Source: Takakia lepidozioides (lineage: Eukaryota; Plantae; Bryophyta). From it: a stretch of DNA of 64,000 nt. This document shows, piece by piece, positions 10,092 to 20,455 of this stretch. Each line of letters begins with the position of its first letter. The first letter of the stretch is position 1. The notes beneath the pieces were generated by a model that saw only the letters and a list, made by a program, of their open reading frames with translations, had not been told where the DNA came from and made no database searches. The stretch spans positions 11,222,001-11,286,000 of the forward strand of contig CM060731.1 of NCBI GenBank assembly GCA_030704615.1. Reading direction: 5' to 3'. Both the position numbers and the translations under genes were made by a program.

Positions 10092-11881
10092 ATGATCAAT
10101 TACCAGATGCGAGTCTCTTTGCAGTGGAGGTGCAGGGAAGTGCAGATGACTGGTTAGATTGGCAGTGGCCAATCAGATACTACCTTGCTCATGGTCAGTG
10201 CCCACCTAGTTATGGTAAGGAGCAGAGGAAGAGAATCGCTATCAAAGCTTTACCTTATACTATGGTAGGAAGCAGAATGTATAAGTTAGGACCTGATGGA
10301 GTACTAAAACGATGCTTGTACCACCATGAAGTAAATAAAGTTTTGGCGGAAGTTCATAAAGGAGTGGCTGGAGGTCATTTTGGAGAAGAGACTACCAGTA
10401 GAAAGATACTACTCGCAGGATACTGGTGGCCTACTTTGTTCAAAGATGTACACGAGTATTGTCAGAAGTGTGATGAATGTCAGAGGCTAGGACCTTTGCA
10501 GAGATCTGGAAGGATGGCCTTGCATCCTACAATGCCTACGGAACCATTTCAGAAATGGGGACTAGACTTTGTTGGACCAATTAACCCACCATCCAAGAAT
10601 ACACGAAACAGGTACATAATTACAGCCACTGATTATACTACAAAGTGGGTGGAAGCTAAAGCTTTGAGGGACAACACAGCCAAGTCCACAGCAAGGTTCC
10701 TGTACGAGAACATACTTACACGATTTGGCTGTCCCTTAGAATTTATCAGTGATCAAGGAAGTCACTTCATGAATGAGACCATTGAGTTGTTGACTAAAGA
10801 GTTTATGATTGTGCATAGAAAGAGTACAACATATTACCCACAGGGTAATGGGCAGGCAGAGGCTACCAACAAAATACTATGTACTATCTTGGCTAAGATA
10901 GTCAATGCAAACAGAACGGATTGGGATACAAAGCTGCTGACAGCTTTGTGGTCATACAGGACTTCATATAAAGTCACCACTAAGTATACACCATTCCAAT
11001 TAGTTTATGGTATGGAAGCCTTACTTCCAGTGGAATTCCTGTTACCTACCATGAGAACGGAGTGGGGAAAGAGAATGGAATTGCAAGACTCCATCAAGGT
11101 CAGGAAACATGAATTATACCATGTGGAAGAAGTACGTGCTGATGCAGCTGATAATATGACCAGAATTCAGATGAAGCGAAAGGAACAGTTTGATGAAGGC
11201 AAGTTAAAGACTTTTAAGACGGGGGATTTGGTTCTATGGTTGCAGAAGAAAGGAAAGATTCAAGCTTCTAAGCTTAAATCACCATGGAAAGGACCTTATG
11301 TCATACAAAAGATGTATGATAACAACACCGCCATGTTACAAACCATTAACAAAGAAATGCTGGGAAGAGTCAATGCAAATAAGTTGAAGGGGTACAGTGG
11401 TATCCATGACAAACCCTTGCAGCATGATTTGCATGTTGAACCGCAAGAGCAGTCACGGGCTGCACCAGTGTTACGAACGGAGTATGGAGCACTTGTCGCT
11501 AGGCCCAGCATATATGACCAGGGTGGGCAAAACAAACGTGACACATCCTATCACAGCCCATCAAGGCAAAGCACAGCCTATCACAGCCCATCACGGCGCA
11601 ACACAGCCTATCACAGCCCATCACAACGTGACACAGCCTTTCACAGCCCAGCACGGCGCAACACAGCCTATCACAGCCCATCACGACGTGACACAGCCTA
11701 TCACAGCCCATCACAACGTGACACAGCCTATCACAGCCCAGCACGGCGTAACACAGCCTATCACAACCTACCACAGCGTGTCACAGCCTATCACAGCTTA
11801 CCACAGTGCATCACAGCCTATCACAGCGTAACACAGCCTGTCACAGCTCAACACAGCCTACTAAAGTTACACGATCCATAG
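10040..11881 (+). CDS. Integrase (frameshifted from pol near 10030) with repeat-encoded C-terminal tail
   Basis: HHCC (GGHFG..CDECQR), WGLDFVGP, ISDQGSHF, PQGNGQAE, GPY motif; no chromodomain seen. Confidence 0.95.
   Translation: MADHLSRLSTGEPATGIDDQLPDASLFAVEVQGSADDWLDWQWPIRYYLAHGQCPPSYGKEQRKRIAIKALPYTMVGSRMYKLGPDGVLKRCLYHHEVNKVLAEVHKGVAGGHFGEETTSRKILLAGYWWPTLFKDVHEYCQKCDECQRLGPLQRSGRMALHPTMPTEPFQKWGLDFVGPINPPSKNTRNRYIITATDYTTKWVEAKALRDNTAKSTARFLYENILTRFGCPLEFISDQGSHFMNETIELLTKEFMIVHRKSTTYYPQGNGQAEATNKILCTILAKIVNANRTDWDTKLLTALWSYRTSYKVTTKYTPFQLVYGMEALLPVEFLLPTMRTEWGKRMELQDSIKVRKHELYHVEEVRADAADNMTRIQMKRKEQFDEGKLKTFKTGDLVLWLQKKGKIQASKLKSPWKGPYVIQKMYDNNTAMLQTINKEMLGRVNANKLKGYSGIHDKPLQHDLHVEPQEQSRAAPVLRTEYGALVARPSIYDQGGQNKRDTSYHSPSRQSTAYHSPSRRNTAYHSPSQRDTAFHSPARRNTAYHSPSRRDTAYHSPSQRDTAYHSPARRNTAYHNLPQRVTAYHSLPQCITAYHSVTQPVTAQHSLLKLHDP
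11541..11860 (+). repeat. Tandem 30-bp repeat built from 10-bp CACAGCC subunits
   Basis: ACACAGCCTATCACAGCCCATCACNNCGTG about 10 times; encodes TAYHSPSRRN-like repeats. Confidence 0.95.
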
Positions 11882-12549
11882 AATCAGTGACAAGTGGACG
11901 CATAATAACTTCAGGAAAATGGCTGACGGAAGAGGAAACGGGAATTACTTTAAAAATAGACACGTGGAGGTCAGGGCGCGACACACAGCCGAGAAGGAAG
12001 TGCAAGAACAGGTGTCAAAAAGAAAGAGGACAAGAACGGCCGTCAAAAGGGATGAAAGGCGGGCCCATTAATGAGTACGGAAAAAGGGAAACGGAACGAA
12101 CGGCAAGTACAGAAAAGCGGAATTCTTGTCACATGTGTGATCCTAGTGGACTATCCAACAGGGAAAGTCCACTAAAGAAGATAAAATCTAAAATCCAGTC
12201 ACAGCGGATACAGCCAATAGAAAACCAGAGAAAGGATCAAGAAAATGGAGGGAAATTGAGCGCAAGAGGCGGCGTCGTTCTGAGTAACGGGCGTCTCGAC
12301 AGGACAGACCATCAATGCTATACCTTGGAAACTATGGAGGAACTAACAGACTATACGCTCGCAATATTACTTACGCAGTGGCATAGACACGAAAGGACAG
12401 AGCAGAGCTTTTCTCTTGAGCGATGCTTGCAAGCCCCGCAGGCTTACAAGAAATTACCCATAGCTTTCTGCGGCAACCATACGTTTATGCTTTGTGCACT
12501 ACAGGCATTCCTGCAGTTGTTACAGCCAAAACAGTTCTGTGAGTCTAAA

Positions 12550-15372
12550 ATGAAGAGAGTGAGAGGAATGGAGGAAATCAGGGTGAAGAGCACCACAATT
12601 CTGCAGAAACAAACGATTGCTACCCCACAGGCGATACAGATACTGGAGGAGCTGAGATTGCAAGGATTGCAAAGCCTAGATTGGACACTACACCATAGAC
12701 AGTACATGTTACAATTTTTGCAGAACTTTGAGCCAAGGACAGGAACAACAACGGTGAAGGGAGTTGAATTAATGATTACTCCCCTATACCTCCAGCAATT
12801 GTTTCGATTGCCAGCAGGTCAGGTGCATGTGGAGGAACACAGGGCAAGACTGCAAATAGGGGACTTATTCCAAGAAGGGAGTTTCTTTAAAACTCAGGGT
12901 TATGCTTGTACCAAGGCTGTGTACCCAGGGTTAAAAGAGGTAGGCCAGGTATTGAACGTTCTGATTGCCATGAAACAGAACCAACAGTATTTGAGCAGAT
13001 CCTTCACGGAGGAAATACTCAAAGGCCTGAAGGGACAAGAGGTACAATGGGCGGACATAATGTACAACGCACTGGTAGAGGAGATGAAAAGATTACAAGG
13101 TACTACCGCAAAGTCTCCTATCATAGTGTCTGGCCCAATCATTGCTCAAATAATCCTTGATTCTGGCATACTTAATGCGCAAGAAAGAAAGGAAATGGGA
13201 GTGTTTGAGCCAGAAACAACTGCAATGGAAGAGCAAGGCTCTTCACACAGTGAGGGTGGACTAGCAGGGCAACCCGAGACTAAGAGGCAGAGACGGGGAA
13301 AGACTGTAGTGGCGGATCCACTGGCTTCACGGATTCCGCATGATAATGTTTCCCAAGCTCATGGCCAGGAAGGGGCACAGCAGCACAGAGAAATGCTATT
13401 ACTGGAAGCAGGACCTTCAGAGAGGGAGGAGGAAGTTACTTCTATATCACAACCATCACAGCCACCTGAACGACTTGTCACAAGGTCACAAGTTATCCAT
13501 GCAGCTCAACCAGAAATAATTGATTTGGAAAGTGAAGGGTTAGATATTCCAACTACAGAACAGATAGTGGCAGAAATAGAGAAGGGGGACCTTCTCTATG
13601 AATATTCTGGTCTGGTCAAGGAGACAGAAATCCCAGAGGTGCAACAGTTGCCCAAGGGAAATCCTGAGGTGCATATAATACACACACCTGTGTCGGAGGT
13701 ACCACAGGCGGAAGGTCATGACACTGTAGCACCGGTGATAGATGAAGTAGTTCAGGAAGAAAATCCGGTGGGACAATGGCCTGAATGGTTCGTGAGACAT
13801 CACACTGTTGAAGATCAGGAGGAACAGCAGCAACCTCACCATGATGACCCTCAACAGGCAATGCTGATGAGTTCCATAGGCAGGACACTTAATTTGTTGG
13901 GGACTTATGTCAAATCCCATGTTCCAATTACCCAATTGACAGCCTTGAGAGAGGAACTCAGGAAGGAGTTTGAGGCTCGACTAGCCACTGAGTGTGCAAA
14001 CAAGGTCGATGAAGAGGTCACTCTCAAGATGAAGCAGGACTTGGGAAATACAGAAATGGCTTTGCAATTGGCCAAGGAACAATTGATTGAGGCAGGCCTC
14101 GCGCAAGACCAGTTGCACGAAGCACATAAGCAACAGCTATACCAAATGCAGGTGCAGCATGAAAGCAAGTTGCAAGAACTGAATGCACTACATACGGAGT
14201 TGCAGACAGTGCATAACAGGATGGCGATACAATGTGCTACATTCACAACTATGCTTGACCAATCTACAAAAGAAATAAACAGTCAAGCGGAAAAATGTAC
14301 GAAGGCAGAAGAAGAGAATGTTGAGCAAATGAAGCTCATTGTCGATATGAAGAATACAATCTGTCGCAATGAAGATACTTTCAAGCAATACAGGCAGATT
14401 GAAGCTGATCAAGAGAAGCACATCGTGGAGTTGCAACAAACCATCATGGCCAATAGAAATGAAATCGCGGTCAATAACAAGGCTTGGAAGGAAGCCAATA
14501 ATCTACTTGCTGCATATGCGCAATTGGCTGAACCTCAGGCGAAGCGCATGGAGGCTTTATAACAGCAGTTGGAATTGTACAAGCTAAGAGAGGAGCAAAC
14601 TCTCAGGGGAACCACAAGCAACTTGGTGGATAACAGCCTTATGCAGGTCTGGTTAGCACAAGGGCCAGTAGAGGGCAAAGCACCACGGAAGCTCACCCAA
14701 AGCGAGATGAATGAGCTCAGGCTGCAGGTGCAGAACATTGCCACAACTACTATAGACAATGTCTATAGTAGGATAGCAGAGTTACAAGAGGATGTAGACG
14801 GACTGCAGACTCAAGTGGAAGACCTCACTTCAAACATCGACCAAAGAGTCTATATCCCTCAGGAACAGCTAATGGCTTCTTATTTACAAGCCAGAACTTT
14901 GGCTTTTCAGTCTTCACAGGAGGGGCAGGAGATGCCAATGATACAAGAGCCAGTACCACCACCACCACAACAAGTCACTGTACCGATAGCTGAACCTGTG
15001 GTTACTACAACCACACCACAGCCACCACAGCCGGAGGTATGGGGCAATGCCGCTTTTAACCCACCTAAAACTCCAGCTGCCAAGGAGTACAGTAGGGCTA
15101 TGATTATGCCCTTCAACCAAATTCCCATCATGTTGGATTTGGCTTGGAAAGAATTTAGTCCTCCGCAGTCATTCGCACATTACTACCAAATCATGCGTAT
15201 ATGGCTGCCAGTGGCAACTAGGACTAAAGTTCTTCCGAACAATCGACATATTGAAGATCATCATTTTGCACAATACTGGCACGAAGCAGGTACCATGTTG
15301 AGGGAATTGATTGCTTTCCAGGTTGTACATGGACTCATTTATACCAAGACCAAGGAGATAGCAAGTATTGTC
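12550..15372 (+). CDS. Extra 3' ORF of the gypsy element, part 1 (Transposase_32/PMD-like N-terminus, acidic linker, coiled coil)
   Basis: Long ORF; 14560-14562 is a single in-frame TAA and the same frame resumes. LQFLQNF..TVKGVELMITPLYLQQLFRLP resembles plant-transposon accessory domains. The start could instead be 12334. Confidence 0.75.
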
Positions 15373-15629
15373 GGGGGTTGCTATTCCATGAGCTCATGAG
15401 CGGTGAGCTCATGAGCTCATGAGCGGGCATGGCTCACCCATGAGCCGCAAAGTAACACACTTCGAATTTCGGCAGATTTTTTTCGGGCCCAAAACTATAA
15501 AATAATCAAAAATCGAAGATTTCCGCGCTCATGCTGGAAGCACTCCGCTCATGAGTACCAGTGTACGCTCATGACTTGGAGCCCAGGCTCATGGACCGCT
15601 AGGCCAGGTCATAGAAAAACTGAATTCTG

Positions 15630-16130
15630 GGCAATAACGGCACCGAAATTATCCCAGAGGCAGAGACGCAAGCGAAATTAGGATCCGGGTTTGCAGACTC
15701 CGAAAACGCAATGGCGACCTATAACCGTGGATAGTACTGTTGCAGAAGTGCATGATGGTTGGGTATAACGGCGCCGTAATTGGGCACAGGAAAAGAAATA
15801 GCCGGCTGAAGGCTCGGGAGTGAAGCCAACAACGGTGAAAGTAATTGGGCTCCGCCAACCAAATACCCGGCTGCATCCTCCGGAGTGCAGGCGATAACGG
15901 CGCCGAAATGGGCCCCGAAAATCAAATACTCGGTTGAAGCCACCGGAGTGCAGCCGATAACGGCGCCGAAATTGGGTCCGGAAACCAAATACCCGGCTGA
16001 AGGCTAGGGATTGCAACCAATAACGGCGCCGAAATTGACCTGCGGAAACAAAATTCTCGGCTGAAGCTTCCGCACTCCTTCCAATAACGGCGCCAAAATT
16101 GGGCTCCGGAGAGCAAATACCCGCCTTACG
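15630..16130 (+). repeat. Subterminal ~64-bp tandem array carrying ATAACGGCGCCGAAAT
   Basis: Core starts at 15769, 15833, 15898, 15961, 16024 and 16088, plus one at 15638. Confidence 0.9.
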
Positions 16131-16221
16131 GTAAGGGAGGCCTTGCTCTCATTTTGCTCTTCACTCTTCTCTGTTGTGCCCATCTCCTCCCTGCTTTGAG
16201 TTCGTGCTATGTCGTGAGGCC

Positions 16222-16773
16222 ATGTCGTGCCCGAATCACATCTATCGACGCCAGACGGGAGTCATTTTCCCGAAAGCAGACGACATCATTGTTTTCCTGG
16301 ATGTTTATAGGGACGATCCTCGACTTGTCCAGCTGAGAGCAATGGAGTTTCTTCCAGGATTGCACGATTCTCCTGGACCCCGGCTGGGGAGCAGGTGGTT
16401 CCTACGCATCATGGACCTGGACTTTCCGCATGAGTGGGAGCCGAACAGATCACGCACAGCGTTGCTGTATCGCTGGAATTGTTGCGAGTGGACGTATGAT
16501 GAGTGCATAGGTGAAAACTTTACGCGTGGACGGACTGGCTCGGAAAGTGGGGACATTCTCTTCATTTATGAGGAGGAGGAGGAGGGGAACACAGGGCCCA
16601 CTGTGAAAATGTCCTTCTACCAAGGGGGCGCTATCGATAAACACGACATCCTCGTTAGTTTCAACCGGGCGACAGAAACCACTGACATTTTGTTCAAATA
16701 TAGGCACCCGGTCACTCAGGAGGTCCTTGAGAGGCCAGTTAGAGTTCCTTCTTCTTGGGCGAGGGGACCATAG
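16222..16773 (+). CDS. Orphan 183-aa ORF inside the MULE
   Basis: Uninterrupted ORF with protein-like composition directly downstream of the left array; no domain recognised. Confidence 0.55.
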   Translation: MSCPNHIYRRQTGVIFPKADDIIVFLDVYRDDPRLVQLRAMEFLPGLHDSPGPRLGSRWFLRIMDLDFPHEWEPNRSRTALLYRWNCCEWTYDECIGENFTRGRTGSESGDILFIYEEEEEGNTGPTVKMSFYQGGAIDKHDILVSFNRATETTDILFKYRHPVTQEVLERPVRVPSSWARGP

Positions 16774-17456
16774 GTCTTGCATGCTAGAGTAGACATGTTT
16801 CGACTCGCCGACACTCATGGCACATACATTTTCATTCAGAAATCAAGCAGCTTCCCTGTGCCATATGGGGAATATACATGCTTGGATAATCTTCTGTTAA
16901 GGTTTTTTGCAATTCACTGCCAGTATGCTGGGACGTGTCCTTTGTCGTATGGATTGCTGTTTGCACAAAGTGCAGTATGCAAATGCTGGAATGTGCAGTA
17001 GGACCCTTCCCACTGGGACACAGAACTAGCAATCTTGTAAAGACATCACATTTGCAGAACAGTAACAATGTATTTGTAGCAAATTGGAGTCTTCTCATAG
17101 AGGTGGACGAAAACGCCAGGATGGGCTGCGAAATCACTACAAATTGAATGAAGAGCAGTAACAAGGAAGCACTATGCAGTACATAGACCATAAACGGCGC
17201 TGAAATAGGCCTCAATGCCCGTTAATCTCCACACAATGTATACTTTACTCGGATCCATTTGTAGACAACCAAAATAAAAAAAGCATGCGCATGCCATTCA
17301 TGGCCAAAAACCACATTCTCATGTATTGCGGCACCAAAATTCACATGTAGCCATGGCGATGCGGCACCACCAAGTGTATAATTCCTCCAAAAAAAATAGG
17401 GTGCAAGAAGATGAATGTAATATAATTGCCACTTTCTCCTTCCCGAATGTGGAATG

Positions 17457-18108
17457 TCAAGCAGTCCGACCAGTGTCCTGCCGTAGGGCCTTGTGCAGCT
17501 CGTTGAAACTCAGTGTTGGAGCATGGATGAAGACGTCCACTGCGGATATGCAACTCATGCGCTTCAGAAAAATGTAATAAAGGTGTTTGCAGGGGACGTA
17601 TGCTGCATTCTTCAATTCCATAACAAGAAAGTCCTCACAGTTGCAAGCTGGGTACTGTGAAACCGTGATTGTATACACGACACTGCGCGCAGCAGACCCG
17701 ACTGTTGACAACTGAAATATGCGCCCCATCCCGGGGTGAGGAACATCCCTGCAACCTTGCACTATGCAGGGCATTGCAAGAGCGTTGGCCATCCTGGTGT
17801 CGTTCGCCTTTGTTGGTGGCCGCCGTCTTTTCAGTTTCCCCCACCGATGGGTCGGCCAAGCTGCGGGGTCACCCACTGGTATGCGGGGCGAAGAGCTTCT
17901 CGTGGGAGGAGGATGACGACTGGGAATTGGATTTCGTGGAACGTATTTTAGCTTTCAGAGAATCAGGATGGAAGTACACGTTTACCCAAACACGGGAGTC
18001 CATGTTGAAGACGGGACCTCTCGGTACGCTCCGCAGCGAAGTCCTGCAGTGAGAAGAGTGTGTCCTACCTAATAACACAAATGATTTTCTGGAGGATTCC
18101 GTATCCAA
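17457..18108 (-). CDS. SWIM zinc-finger protein (frameshifted or spliced; 5' end uncertain)
   Basis: YTITVSQYPACNCEDF...YVPCKHLYYIF matches the CxC..CxH SWIM signature. Confidence 0.75.
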
Positions 18109-18189
18109 CAGGATGGGTGATCAGTGCACGTAAAGATGAAGGTATGTAACGTACGTTACAAAAACGGACGACAACAGCAAGTTCACATC

Positions 18190-19945
18190 GGATATTTGGT
18201 GCCTGAATTGTAATGTACAACCACTTGGGTTACAATAAATCAGGCCTTCCCATGAATTTCGGCACCGAAATCTGATGAACATCTCTGTCATGTAACAACT
18301 TTGGAAGCCAGGGGATGAATTCCGGCGACAGAAATAGTAATTTGTTCACCTCATGAAACTGACCAAGCATCCAACGGATGGATTTCGGTGCCGAAATTCG
18401 GATGAACATCTTCTTCATCAAATTGTTTCTGCACATGAGGGTTGAATTTGGATGCCAAAATACAGATGAATGTGTTCCTGATTACAGTCGTGATTCACCA
18501 CGTGTCCGGATATCAGTGCCGACATCCGAATGACAGTAATCCTGAATCGGCAGAATGGATGTATTTCGGCGCCGAAATTCATTCTTCATCTCCTTTTCCG
18601 ACCCTAATTCTGCTGCCCTGCGGATGGATTTCGGTGCCGAAATTCATCTGAAGTTTTTTTTTTTTTTTTTTTTTTTTCTTTGCGACAGATGAACTTCGGC
18701 GCCGAATCTCATCCAAGTCCTCCCTTCTAATTTTCCTTTTTCTTCGCGAGCAATGAATTTCGGCGCCGAAATTCATCCGAAGTCCTCTCGAATTTTTTTT
18801 TTTTCTTCGGGAGCAATGAATTTCGGCGCCGAAATTCATCCGAAGTCCTCCCGATTTATTTTTTTTCTTCACGAGCAATGAATTTCGGCGCCGAAATTCA
18901 TCCAAAGTCCTCCCGAAAATTTTTTTTTTCTTCGCGAGCAATGAATTTCGGCGCCGAAATTCAACCGACTCCATCCCTCCAAATTCTTTTCAGGGTTTGA
19001 GCGCCGGATTTCGGCGCCGAAATTCATCCAATGCCCTCCCTCCAATATTTATTTTTCTTTGAAATGGATGAATTTCGGCGCCGAAATTCATCCTTACTGT
19101 CCGCAATGAGTAACTCTAATATTGCATTTTCTATGCGACGGATGAATTTCGGCGCCGAAATTCGTCCAAACCCGACACTTACTATTTGCTTCTGGATGAT
19201 ATAATTTCCCGTAAATCGTTGGAAATACCCCGTTCCGACGAAGATAACAGGAATATTCTGCATTTAATGGAGAAATCGGCATATTGAACCCATTCTGTCA
19301 AAATTAATTGTATTTTAGCCATTTTTTTCATTTGAAACCGACAGTATCCATTAAGTGGTCTTTTTCGCACGGGACGTTGCCGCACATAAATTATAATTTC
19401 GGCGCCGAAATTATAGTTAAATGTCCAGAAATGGCAAGTCCAACAGGCATGGACAGCATCCGTCAGGGGCAATGATGGCGGCAAAGCATAGCATGGTGCC
19501 GATTTAGTCTTCGCTCTGGATGAATTTCGGCGCCGAAATATGGATGATTTCACCTCGTCTACGCGTGGACGGAGATATTCGTAATGAATTTCGGCGCCGA
19601 AATATGGATGAAATGTGCCCAAGTGCAGCCGTTTCCACTGTTCCGGAATTAATTCCGGCTCCGATATCCCACTGACAGGTTTGCTCATGACGAATGAGGA
19701 CTTGGGAAGCGATGAATTGCGGCGCCGAAATTTGTAAGTTTGTGTACGAAAGCACTTGAATAGGATGAATTTCGGCGCCGAAATTCGTCCGTCCGCTGAT
19801 GAAACGTACCGACCTGACTGTTGAATGTCATAGGCAGGGGATTTTCATGGCGGTTGGGTTTCATGATGTGCGGATATTTCATTCAATGTCGGCTGCTCCG
19901 GGAACAGCATCCGGTGAACGGAAGGTATTTCGGTGCCGCAATTCG
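18190..19945. repeat. Array of the palindrome GATGAATTTCGGCGCCGAAATTCATC at ~63-bp period with largely dissimilar spacers
   Basis: About 23 intact or degenerate copies read directly; core positions are listed in the findings. Confidence 0.95.
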
Positions 19946-20455
19946 GATAAACCATCTTGTACTGGTGGCTGGAACTGGCACGCGTCGTGTTCCAGTCGAC
20001 TTCATCCGTGCGAACGTGTCAGGGGTCACAATCTCTTCATCACCCATACGGCAGAAAGTGGTGGACGGTGGCAACGCTTCGGGAGACGTGGCTGCTTACA
20101 CATCTGCTCGTGTAGAGTGGTTGCATGTTCCACCGCTTTGCTCTCTCGCTCCTTGCCCTTCTGCAGTGACATTCTCCTGCGTTTCCTCTCCTTATGCGGC
20201 ATAGTGGTAGCATAGAGTTTGTGGAAGGTCAGGTGACTCCGGCAAAGAGAAGGAGGACGCCGGATTTTGGGAAGCCGCCGACGACACGACTTAAGCTCCG
20301 TCTCATGCATGAAATGTAGACCTCGTTATCCGGAGACTCGGATCGCCCACCAGTGAGAGATTCGTGCTTTGCGGATGTGAAGCACTCCATACGCAATATT
20401 CCTTTTACACATTTTTTTTTGCATGCAGTGTCTCATGTTTTCCTGTTTGTTTGAC

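Noticed and set aside
11806-12333. N-terminal extension of the 918-aa ORF as real coding sequence
   Set aside because: It begins in the repeat at a non-ATG codon and looks like promoter/UTR sequence; ATG 12334 or 12550 is more plausible.
18442-19882. ORFs with repeated NFGAEIH / EFRRRNS peptides
   Set aside because: Artefacts of translating the palindrome on both strands.
18190-19945. True CRISPR array (26-bp palindromic repeat plus ~37-bp spacers)
   Set aside because: The context is a eukaryotic transposon with no cas genes. Several spacers are related to each other and poly-T rich, and the repeat is a loop-less perfect palindrome typical of a DNA-binding site. Kept as a phased motif array.
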